Shown here piece after piece: positions 36,690-47,797 of a stretch of DNA of 64,000 nt. Both the position numbers and the translations under genes were made by a program. Origin of the DNA: Octopus sinensis. Its lineage: Eukaryota. Below the pieces are notes generated by a model. It had not been told where the DNA came from and made no database searches. It saw nothing but the letters and a program-made list of their open reading frames with translations. Numbering within the stretch: position 1 is the stretch's first letter; every line of letters starts with the position of its first letter. The stretch covers positions 120,776,001 to 120,840,000 of the forward strand of contig NC_043001.1 of assembly GCF_006345805.1 (NCBI RefSeq), read 5' to 3'.

Positions 36690-38716
36690 TCTAAAATAAG
36701 TCGAAAGGTAAGCTACTATAAATCATCACGAACTTTCCGGATAACCCAATATATACACACACACATATTCATGTACAGAACAGTATGTACAGTTTCTGTC
36801 TATCTACTCACTCACTAGTAGTTAGAAAATATCACATCCCTTGGATAGATGGCTACCAAACTGTTGTGAATTCTGTTGAAGAAGATTTGAGCATTGCATT
36901 TTAAAATTCATAAAATCACTTGTAAAACACTTTGTCTGTTCTCTGCTTACACTAGTTGGCTGAATCTCTTTTCAGTACCTTTACTGTAGCTGGATGACAT
37001 ATGTGAGTGAGTGTGGTGTATTTGTGTTGAAGATGCCAAACAGATGCTTGATAATAAAGCAGTCCCTTTAACGTCTTAATGTCAGCTGCAATTCCTAGTT
37101 AATTATCTTGTTCTAATCACTTAAAAATGTAATCATGAGTAATTAGACGAGTGAAGTGTTTTAAAAATTTAGACATTTGCATATTATTATTATTACTACT
37201 ATTACTATTATTATTATTATTATTATTATTCTCAGAAGGGAGTTTTACATTTGGAAGCTGATTAAGAATGATTGATCTTTCTTGGGCTAAATTACATAAA
37301 AGGTTGAAATGCTTTGAACAGGAAAAGCTTCATGGCATTAGCATAAGTCAACAGTCACCCTTTCAAAATTGCTTCATTTCCTTTTAAAAAAGATAAATAT
37401 TGAGTATTGATGATATTTTAAAAAAATATGCAATGAAGGAATATTTCATTAAAGAATACAAAACTATTAGCAAATTAAATTTTCTTTTTTTATATAATAT
37501 TAAAATTTCAGCTTGCTTCAAGATAGAGAACATTTATAGAAAATTTATATTAAAAAATTGAGACTTAAATATTGATTATTGTTATAATTATGGTTAAATT
37601 ATTTTTTAATTATCTTGATTATTTTAACAAATTTTTTTTTAATTTTTCTTTAAGATTTAGTGTAAACAGAATTTTTAACAGCTTCAGAGCATTGATCATT
37701 ATAATTTAGTATCAGTGTGAAGTTAATTGAAATTTTAGCATGCTAACTTAATGTATGACAGTATTTTACTTTAATTAGTTTGAGTTACCAGTTCAAATTT
37801 CACCAGAGTCAAACTTGTCTGTTATCCTCAGCAAATTGGTTGATTTGTTAGTTTTAGATAGATTGCCTCTTGGAATTTCTTTCAAAACTCTAAGACTTAT
37901 GACAATAGCTAGAGGAGTGAATTAACAATAGCTATCACTGAACAATAAGATCATATGATGGAGACAGAGATGCAGGAATATATGTCAGTGCCTCACTTGT
38001 ATATCTGTCTGTCCATTCAAAGATTATGATGGTAAAGGAAATTTTACATTGTAAGAATAATTCAAATCTCTCGTCAACCTTTGCATTCTGTCTTCCAGAG
38101 TGGATAAAAATAAAGTACCAATGCACAGCAGTAGATAATCTGAAGAATGTCAGACTGGTAACTTTATGGCATTTGTTCTAGGTCTTTGTGTGATCTGAGT
38201 TCAAATCTCACTAAGACCTACTTGAGTGATAGATCTAATCCATCATCCTGCTTAACACCACCTCCTGACACTTTAGGTGCCATTATTAAATTCAAGCCAT
38301 GACTCCAGTTTGAGAACATCTTGCTCTCTCCCACTACATTTGGAGGTCCTATAAAGGGTCATAAGTACTCCCTTCTCTCCTAGCTAAAAGTTTTTAAAAC
38401 ATGTCTTTTCTCTAAACTAAAAATCTCTTTTACAAATATTAGCAAGATGCTCAGTCAAGTAATATGCTCTAAACTGACAATTGTTTCCAAGCACAGGCCT
38501 GGGATTTGGAGAAGAGGAATAGTTTCAATCCCAATACTTGACTGGTATTTTATTTTACCTACAAAGAAAAGATAAAGGTAAAATCGATCTGAGTAAGATT
38601 CAAACCCAGAATATAAAATCAAAACAAATATCACAAGACATACAGCAAATTTTTCTTTCAAAACAGATTGTTTGATTGTGTATATTTGCTGGACTTCAGC
38701 AAAACAAAAGCATAAT

Positions 38717-39313
38717 AACGTAAGGTGTACTAGCCATCTAAATGTGGCTAGCCACTGGGGGTGGGGTGTTACTGATGCTTTTAGCCCCAGGCGATCAACG
38801 TCACCAGATGGACTTTAGACACAACATTCCAGTGCCCTTGTGTTATTTGCAAAGGGAGGGCATCCTCCCTCGAAAACCTAAGTGCTACATACGGACTATA
38901 GTTTCAAGGTAATTGCCTCTCGTCAACACATGGTAAACACCGGTTTTCGATGAAGGAGACCCTCTGCAAATAATAATAAAACTGTCTGAAAGCATTAATG
39001 CTTTCAGACAGTTTTTCTAAATCAGTGACAGTGGTTGCTGTGAAAAACGTTAAATATTATTTGCAAGGGGTCTCCTTCATCGAAAACCGGTGTTTACCAT
39101 GCGTTGACGAGAGGCAATTACCTTGAAACTATAGTCCGTATGTAGCACTTAGGTTTTCGAGGGAGGATGCCCTCCCTTTGCAAATAACACAAGGGCACTG
39201 GAATGTTGTGTCTAAAGTCCATCTGGTGACGTTGATCGCCTGGGGCTAAAAGCATCAGTAACACCCCACCCCCAGTGGCTAGCCACATTCAGATGGCTAG
39301 TACACCTTACGTT
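38717..39313. mobile_element. 597-bp fold-back element (259-bp arms) with a nested 38-bp perfect palindrome
   Basis: 38717-38975 equals the reverse complement of 39055-39313 with 4 mismatches. The spacer contains AAAACTGTCTGAAAGCATT|AATGCTTTCAGACAGTTTT (38978-39015). Confidence 0.85.
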
Positions 39314-40126
39314 GTCGAGTGGTACTGTTTATATCTCGTTCAGAGATTTATTAATCCTAAAAGCATAATAATCCAACAGGAAACCTCATAATTTATGAGT
39401 AATTTATAATTTACATAGTTTGTACAAGCATGGCTCTGCTGGTGCAGGTGTGACTGGCTGCATGGTAAGAAGTTTGCTTCCCAACTGCATGGTTTAAGGT
39501 TCAGTCACATGGCATGGCACCTTGGGCAAGTATCTTCGACTCTAGCCCTGAACTGAAAGAAGCCTTTTGTATGTATGTATTACAGTTTCTTTGCCTTGGC
39601 ATTGCAAGATAGTTGTGAATGTCACTGTCATACAAGCAGTGTTCTTCATTTCTAATCTTCTATGCAAATATGTCTAACCATGGGAAAATATTACCTTTCT
39701 TGGAAACAGGTATTGGTTGATGATAATAAGGGCACCTGACCATAGAAAATTTGCCACAAGAAAGTTTGTCCAACCTATGCAAGTGGGTGTTAAAATGAAG
39801 ATGAGGATAATGATGATAATAGTTATACTGTTTGTTTGGCAAAAAACAAAAATATCTTAATCTCTTACAGGCAGCCTCGAATAACTGATTTTAAATCCAA
39901 TCTCAGTCAATGGGTTTTAAAATAGATAATTGAAGATTACGTATGAAAGCTGCTTGATATCCCTAAAATGATTAAATGACATATCGTAAATCATACAAGC
40001 AGCAGTCCTGCTAATCTCGTTCGTATTCTGATACAAGCTTTCAACAATTAGTAGTTTTGGACTACTACAATTTTTTTTATATATTATACTACCCATTTGT
40101 TGGAAAAAAAAACACGTTTTACAAAA

Positions 40127-40241
40127 ATGTCGATTGATTCTTGTGAAATACCTTGTGAATTCCCTGAAAAGGCGATTCCAAATCCAGAAATACCATGTGA
40201 CATTCCAATGCCACCAAAAGAGAGAAAGCCAAAGAAAAAAA
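40127..40241 (+). CDS. Candidate first coding exon of an unidentified host gene (MSIDSCEIPCEFPEKAIPNPEIPCDIPMPPKERKPKKK, phase-1 donor)
   Basis: CAAAAATG start context, 38 open codons with a repeated EIPC(E/D) motif, consensus donor A|GTAAGT, non-repetitive context with several CpGs upstream. Confidence 0.55.
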
Positions 40242-41053
40242 GTAAGTTTGTAAATTAAAAAGAAAAATTACATTTATAAATAGAACAATTTCTATAGACA
40301 TTTTTTCTTTTATAACTTGTTTTTCTGTTTCTATAGTAACCTGAACTTTTGATGCTTGTTTTCTTTTTCTCTTTTTTTTTTATAACTTAGACAAATGGTT
40401 AGTGTTTATGCAAAGGATTTTCTAACTGGATACTAAGGAGACTAGTAATATTCTGGTGCCAGAATTTTGGTAGCCATTTTCTTCCTTTCACTTTTGTCAA
40501 AAACACTTGAAGGGAAAGTAAGAATTTCACAATTTTCCATTTTACTTATCATTCTACCCTGAAAAACATGGGGTCATTGAATCTAGTCAAAAGAAACTAA
40601 TAATTTAAATGTCCTTTGCATCTATCTCTTTAAACCCAGGTATCTGAATAATTTTCTTTAAAATAGATTTCATTAATTCTAAAATTAACCGTCTCTTCTC
40701 TCATTTTCCAAAATTTTTGAAATTAAAAATTAACTGATATGAATTAAAATCTCCACCCAGAATCATACATGTGTATATTATTTGTCATATGTGTATGATA
40801 AAATTCTTAGCTCCAAACTCTAGACCTTGAGTCACTACTGTTGCTCCTAAGCTAATAAAAATTATACATACACATGCATATATATATATATATTTAAAAG
40901 TTCGCAAAAATACTTGGTAGAGCCACAATATTTAAAAAATTTCTTTTTAATGTTATTAACTATTTAAAATATCTTTTTGAGAAACGATGCTATGAACCAT
41001 TTGGAAAGAAATTTTCATACTGTGTAATATGAAAACTTCCTTCTAAAAGGTTT

Positions 41054-41141
41054 GTGGCATTCTGCCTTTCTCTGACTCCCTTGTTTGCACTTGTGTGCAC
41101 ACAAGTGCAAACAAGGGAGTCAGAGAAAGGCAGAATGCCAC
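41054..41141. repeat. Perfect 88-bp palindrome with no spacer
   Basis: GTGGCATTCTGCC...CTTGTGTG|CACACAAG...GGCAGAATGCCAC; 44-bp arms with the centre between 41097 and 41098. Confidence 0.97.
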
Positions 41142-41220
41142 TTAAATCTGAACACTACTATAGAAATATTCTTTTAAAAAAACTTTTCTTCTAATTTTTC
41201 TAAATTTAATTATTTAATCG

Positions 41221-41264
41221 TTACAGTTGAAAAGGTCTCAAAATGACCGAAACCGGTACTGAAA
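41221..41264 (+). ncRNA. Minimal type-I hammerhead ribozyme candidate with U3:A8 core variant
   Basis: TTACAG-TTGAAAA-GGTC(TCAAAAT)GACC-GAA-ACCGGT-A-CTGAAA. Stems I and II pair and stem III is palindromic (ACCGGT); predicted cleavage is after A41258. Confidence 0.65.
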
Positions 41265-41392
41265 TGTTCACTATAAAATTATTTTAGCATTTTCTATTTT
41301 TGACTTGTTTTTTCATATATATCAACTCGTGTGTTCCTTTTCACCCTTATACATATATATATATATATGAACAGCACTTTACTTTTAAAGCA

Positions 41393-41465
41393 CTGATGAA
41401 GCTATAGGGTGATACTCAAGCATTCAACTATAAGTGCATTGCCTCTAATAGCAGAAACAGCTATA
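41393..41465 (+). ncRNA. Degenerate hammerhead-like motif with long stem II
   Basis: CTGATGA-A-GCTAT...ATAGC-A-GAA-ACAGCT-ATA. No convincing stem I. Confidence 0.35.
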
Positions 41466-41610
41466 AACTAATAAAGTTCTTAACATAATGGTTTATTCCT
41501 TTGTAAATCCAATTTCTTATTACCACTCTGTATTCAACAGACACTTCACTTGGAAGCATATATATTGAGTTCTAACACCAAGTTATTAGCATCACTATGC
41601 CTAAGCATAT

Positions 41611-41648
<38 letters not shown>

Positions 41649-42195
41649 TTTTTATTTCATTTGGGCACCGTGACACTAAAAAGTATTTGGTAGAATTCAA
41701 TGTATACATATGCTTTAGCATTAGGCACACACACACATACAAGTTTAATTTTTCATTATTTGAGAAAAAGATTTGGTGCTTATGTTTTCTAAGTGTGAAT
41801 CAAACAGAAATTATCCCTCTTATTATTAAATGATGGGTGGAGAGTATTTCAACGTTTTTGTCTTTCATGTTATTTGCCATCTTTCACACATTGAAATATT
41901 TCTGGAGATCAGAATAGATTTATTGTAAAAGGCTAATTTCCACAACATAATTACCAAAGTTCACTCTACAAGGTCAGGCAACGAGTTCAATGGCTTTTGG
42001 CTTATTAATAAATACAAAACAGTCAGTTGATAATCTCAGTTAATTCTATTAAATAACAACAAATATTACTTAAAAGAAAGAATAACAAACAAAATGCATA
42101 TATATATATATATACACACATACTGCTTATATTTTGTTCTGTAAGCATCTATGTGTGCATTCAGGTATGTTTGTATATTTGTGTGCATATATGCA

Positions 42196-42264
<69 letters not shown>

Positions 42265-43615
42265 GAGAGAGAGAGAGAGAGCGCAAGGTAAAGGTTGTAA
42301 AGTTTGCAAGGACACTTTGAAGTTTTTCTGGTCATTGACTTTTTCAAATGTCGGACAGACAAACTGATGATGTGAACAAGTCAGCAAAACTGCAAAGTCA
42401 GTGGCAACTTTTTCTTTGCATAAATAAATATGATACTCAAATATATTGGGTGATCATTCGGTTAATGTTTAACTGTTTTTATATATAAGTATACATAAGG
42501 ACAAACATTAACACACACACACACACACACACTGCCATTATCATCATCATCATCATTTAATATCCCTGTTCCATGCTGGCATTGTATTCCAGGGTCTGCT
42601 TTGGTACGGTGTCTCTGACTGAATGCCCTTTCTAATGGCAATTGCTTTGCAGCGTATACTGGGTGCTTTTGTTTTGTGCCACCAGCAATCTACAAATCCA
42701 AGGAGTGGGTTGCTACATTCCTATGTTAGATGAAGATTAAGGCATGAAAGGAGACAATGGTGTAAAAGCAGTTTCTTATTGTAGAGTATCTCCATGGCAA
42801 TTCACTTTTAGGAGAGAGAGTGAGAATGAGTTAGTGGTAATCACCACAGAAATAGATAGTAATGATGAGGCATCCAGGTGGCACCTGACGGTGTGAGGTG
42901 AGTAGTATTGAGTTGATGCTGAATACTTCATCTTTTGAGGCAAATTCATACATTGTTTAGGGAGTAGAACTGGCCCCAAGCAAGGCTTTTCTTCAATTTA
43001 AAAATCTTCAGGAACAAACATCACTTAATTTTTATTTCTATTATATGTTGCATGCCATGGCTGGTCATAGCTGAAATAGGCAAAACATTTAATGAAAAAT
43101 TCCTTGATGGAATAAAGGCATGTGTGTCCATGTCGGTGGTCACTTCCCTGAACATCTACTGCAAGAGGTGCCCATCGTTTCCATATCAGTGCAAAAGAGT
43201 GTAAGTCCCTAACAGGACTGAAAACATCCATGCTGTTTTGAGAGAACAGTTAAATGATGTCAACACTCGAAATAAAGATGCCCCCAGTATGTGTGCATGG
43301 ATGGATATGTGTGAGTTGGTGGTATCTTTAAAGAACTAGTTAGTAATGATGAAGTATCCAGGTGGCACCTGAAGGTACAAGGTGAGTAGTAGTGGGTAAG
43401 TGTTGCAAAAGTGTATGGGGTGGAGAGATAGGGGAACTGGGCAAGAGGCGTAAAGATTAGGAAGGGTTGAGGGGAGGAAATGCATGAGATGAAGAAGTTA
43501 GAGGGATGCTAGCTGTAGGGTAGAAATGATGATACAGTTGAGAGAGGGAGCAGAAAGATGACATGTTTGGGTAGGCTGCAGGAGCAGGGTAGAGAAACAG
43601 CATAGTGTATGAAGA

Positions 43616-43832
43616 GAGATAATTTGGTGGTCCAAGGAGGGGTATAGAGATAATTTGGTGGTCCAAGGAGGGGTATAGAGATAATTTGGTGGTCCAAGGA
43701 GGGGTATAGAGATAATTTGGTGGTCCAAGGAGGGGTATAGAGATAATTTGGTGGTCCAAGGAGGGGTATAGAGATAATTTGGTGGTCCAAGGAGGGGTAT
43801 AGAGATAATTTGGTGGTCCAAGGAGGGGTATA
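43616..43832. repeat. Minisatellite, 7 x 31 bp perfect copies
   Basis: Unit GAGATAATTTGGTGGTCCAAGGAGGGGTATA; 217 bp = 7 x 31. Confidence 0.97.
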
Positions 43833-44189
43833 GAATGGCTACTGTAACATGTGGGTGCAGAGAACAATATAAATGGTTAAAGAATAAATAGTAAGTGAAA
43901 TGGTTTATAGACACATACACACACACACACAGAAAGTAGCTGATTGACTACCATTATAGTGACAGAATGTGTTGCAATAGTTCATCTGGCTCTGTGTTCT
44001 GAGTTCAAATCCCACGAAGGTCAAATTTGCTTTTCATCCATTTGAAGTTGACAAAGTACCAAGCTTTGCTAGAGTAAACATCTCTAGTAAAAGGACCAAG
44101 AGAATATCTGTTAACAAATAAATGGGTACCTAAAACTATAACAAAAACTATGGCATATACCAATATCAACTCATATATATATATATATA

Positions 44190-45900
44190 TTTAAGTAGGT
44201 GAATGAATTATCCTATGTTTATCGTCAGCATGGAAAATTCATTTAACCGAAACCTGGGTAGCAAATTCACATCAGAAACACGGTTGAAGCGACCTGTCAA
44301 GGGTAGAAACTCCGGGTTCATGTGCAGAAATTTGTGTGTTGTATATGAATAAATGAAAGAATGGAATCGAACGAAGTTGTTAACAAAATTCCTTTACTCT
44401 CAACATATGTTTCGAAGACAACATTTTTTCATTCTAAAGGAATAAAGGGTGCATTATGCAATCTTCTCATCAGGAAAGAAAGGGAGCCTCTCTCGACAAC
44501 AAGACAAACAAAAATTTCGATGACTGCCTACATGGTAAGCAAAGCGATAATGAGTGTTTCTTTTAAAAGAACCGTTAGAAGAATTGACGTCAAAGATAGA
44601 TAGTAGGAAGAGAAGGGTCAAAGGAATAATAGGTAGGGAACAAGTGGAGAGGGAAGGGAACGTTGATTGAAAGAATGTTCGAAGGCTTAGGAAAGAATTT
44701 CTCTATAGAAGTGGGGTGGACGTAAAGCTAATTGTTCAAATCGTTATCATTTATATGAGTAGAAAGTGTGTTTCTGCCAGTGTTTACATTTGTATGATTT
44801 TTCTATGAGTGTGTTTACTAGGGGTACCTTAGAGAAAAGAATATGGAAGAGTTCAGAATTACAAATGTTACAAAATCTCCTGCCCTTATCAAAAGGAAAG
44901 GATACAGACAGTATGAACCAATCTAACTTGAAATTTACATTGTTGTCTTTAAGACGCCAAACTAATTTACTTAGCCCTGTACTATGTCGTTTTTTACTAT
45001 CCCTGAATGTTGAATAATGGTTTGAAATTCTCTTGGATAACTGGGAAGTGGACGCTCCTATATAGAAGAAGACATCGGTACCGGAAGAAATTCTACACTG
45101 GTAAATAGAATTCTTAATCTTAGAATTACTAGACAAAAATTTAATTCTGTTGGGGTTGTCCTCCGAGATCGAAACAAAGTTTTTGTTGTTATGATTGTTG
45201 TTACTATTATTATTAGCGCTAACAACTACACTATTTCTATTATTATTAGTATTATTAATGGTACTACAACCAGTAATACCACCGACAATAATACCGTTAT
45301 CGTTGTTACTATCAACACTACCATTGTTATTAACACGACTAATACTATTATTAATATTATCATTGTTAACACTTTCGCTGCTACCAATTCTGTTACTATT
45401 AATACTATTCCTATTATTATGATTGTATGATGGGTTGGAATTAGCAAGATTAGTGTTGGAACTCCCGGGTGAAGAATCTTTGTTTAGCAGCTTGGTATTG
45501 TGGGAAGATATAATTTGTGAAAGATTCCTAGTGTTAGAGAAAGCAATTCTGACCTTGCGGGAATTGATAATAGAATGATATCTAGAATTTCTGGGAAAGT
45601 TCCTAGCAACGGCTTCACGGAACTGTAAGGAAAGGTTCGATTTAATTTGTTTTCCGAAAGGTATTACGAACCAGATACAGTTTTTTGTGGTCTTTGAATT
45701 GTTCTTAGTGTTATTTGTGATAGTAAGGGGAAAATTTCTGGGTTGGAAATTTGGGGTTGCATGGCGACCAATTCCCGGACATCTGTGGAGGTCTTTATCG
45801 TGACGATTGTCTGATTTACCTCCAAAACAAATAGCAGTAAAACTAAATTTTCAATCAAAACTTTTAACAATTTTCAAGTCAGAGAAATCACCATTGTTTG
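44190..45900 (-). mobile_element. Penelope-like retroelement (Poseidon-type), 5'-truncated with inverted 5' segment
   Basis: Minus-strand thumb/linker (CIWFVIPFGKQIKSNL..RNFP..KVRIAFSN..IISSHNTKLL) and GIY-YIG domain, with a 3' non-coding region to (TA)n at 44175-44190. The plus strand has FPDICGGLYRDDCLIYL at 45772-45822. Confidence 0.85.
44747..45771 (-). CDS. Penelope-like RT thumb - Asn-rich linker - GIY-YIG endonuclease (open frame lacking a start)
   Basis: Manual translation shows no stop from 45850 to 44747 in the frame of the listed 129-aa ORF. Motifs SIYQC..FYIGAST, RISNH, CNIC, KCKH. Confidence 0.8.
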
Positions 45901-46091
45901 CAAACAGGAGTTAAGTCCCCTTCTAGCAACGAGTAAGTTTTTGTTAAGACTTTTGTTTCTTTTCCATCGAGGAAAAAAGTATTTTGTTGATATACAGACA
46001 ACAAACACACACACACACACACACATGATCATGTATGTGTACAAAAAACATTTATGCAATAGACGTACCTATGTACGTATGTGTGTGTGTT

Positions 46092-46109
<18 letters not shown>

Positions 46110-46126
<17 letters not shown>

Positions 46127-46246
46127 AATTTCAATGGATTTCGTCCAAATTTGATGTCGATGTTACTTAATTTGGTTTGAAATAAAGAACTTGATTAGCC
46201 TAATAATCCTAACTTAATCCTGGGCAAAGCCGGGTTATACTGCTAG
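46110..46246 (+). mobile_element. Short Helitron-like 3' end
   Basis: CCTGGGCAAAGCCGGG..CTGCTAG|T resembles the 3' end at 32587-32613. The 5' end is lost in (TA)n. Confidence 0.5.
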
Positions 46247-46249
46247 TAT

Positions 46250-47360
46250 TTGATTATATGTATGTATATGTGTATATATGTATATATATATGTATATATA
46301 TATATATGTCTGTATATATTTGTGTACATATATGTATATATACATATGTGTATATATATGCATGTGTATGTATATATATGTATATGTGTATATATGTGTA
46401 TGCATATATATGTGTGTATAGATATATGTATATATACATGTATGTATATATGTATTTGTGTGTATGTATATATATATGTATATGTGTGTGTGTGTATATA
46501 TATATATATCTATGCATATACGTACATGTATGTGCATGTATGTATATATATTTGTATGTATATATATATTTTCTTTGTTTTAGTCCTTTGTCTGTGGCCA
46601 TGCTGGGGCACTTAGTCGCCCAAACAGACCCCAGTACTTATACTTTGTAAGCTTAGTACTTATTCTATCAGTCACTTTTGCTGAACTGCTAATTTACTGG
46701 GAGGTAAACACACCAGCATTCATTGTCAAGCAACTTGACAGACATGGGCTTCTTTCATATATATATATATGTGTGTGTATATATAAATACATACATATAT
46801 ATATATGTGCATATATATATATATGTTGTGTGTATATATAAATATATATATATACACACATATATGTGTGCATATATAAATATATACATATGTGTGCATA
46901 TATAAATATATATATATGTGTGCATGTATAAATATATATATATGTGTGTGTATATATATATATACATGTATATATGTGTGCATATATAAATATATACAGT
47001 TATATGTGTGCATATATAAATATATACGGTTATATGTGTGCATATATAAATATATACGGTTATATGTGTGCATATATAAATATATACATATGTGTGCATA
47101 TATAAATATATACATATGTGTGCATATATAAATATATACATATGTGTGCATATATAAATATATACATATGTGTGCATATATAAATATATACATATATATG
47201 TGTGCATATATAAATATATACATATGTGTGCATATATAAATATATACATATATATATGTGTGCATATATAAATATATACATATATATGTGTGCATATATA
47301 AATATATACATATATATGTGTGTATATATAAATATATGCATATATATATATATATATATT
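46250..47360. repeat. Complex (TA)/(TG) satellite tracts interrupted by a SINE fragment (about 46570-46730)
   Basis: Higher-order unit such as ATATGTGTGCATATATAAATATATAC repeated many times at 46850-47340. Confidence 0.9.
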
Positions 47361-47729
47361 ACGGAGATGTACTTGCATAGCAAGTGATCTGATCTGAGAT
47401 CGTGTGCTGGAATGAAAACAATTGCAGCGTGGAAGGTGTTTATAAGCTATTTAAGAAACACACAAAAACTGTTAAATTCACTTCAGCATTTTAATTTAAT
47501 TTAATTTGTCAAAATATTTTCGTCACTTTGAGACCACAACCTGTTCACTGACAAAATTCTGTACTGCAGAATATACACACATATACATATATGTATATAT
47601 GTGTATATATAAATACATACATATACATGTGTGTTTATGGGGAGAGTTCATGAAAAAAACAAAAGACAAAGGCAGGTGGTGTACAAAACAAACAGATGTA
47701 TTAGTATAACGCTCAGGAATAGAAAAAGT

Positions 47730-47765
47730 CTCCTACGTTTCGAGCCTATGCTCTTCTACAGAGAG
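47730..47765 (-). ncRNA. Minimal hammerhead-like motif (core CTGTAGA, A6U variant)
   Basis: Minus strand: CTCT-CTGTAGA-A-GAGC(ATAG)GCTC-GAA-ACGT-A-GGAG, followed by a TTCCTGAGCG tail as at 32686. Confidence 0.5.
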
Positions 47766-47797
47766 GGACACAGAAAAAAACAAGGAGAGAAAAAAAA

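Noticed and set aside
40391-40397. Possible 7-nt microexon ACAAATG|GTTAGT after a strong pyrimidine tract
   Set aside because: It would shift phase and create TGA on joining the 62813 exon; unsupported without RNA data.
44281-44320. CGGTTGAAGCGACC..GGGTAGAAACTCCGG on the plus strand
   Set aside because: Core and stems do not fit hammerhead geometry convincingly, and it is antisense to the Penelope ORF.
45191-45447. Hydrophobic, membrane-protein-like ORFs
   Set aside because: Alternative frames of the (ATT/GTT)-rich Asn linker of the Penelope ORF.
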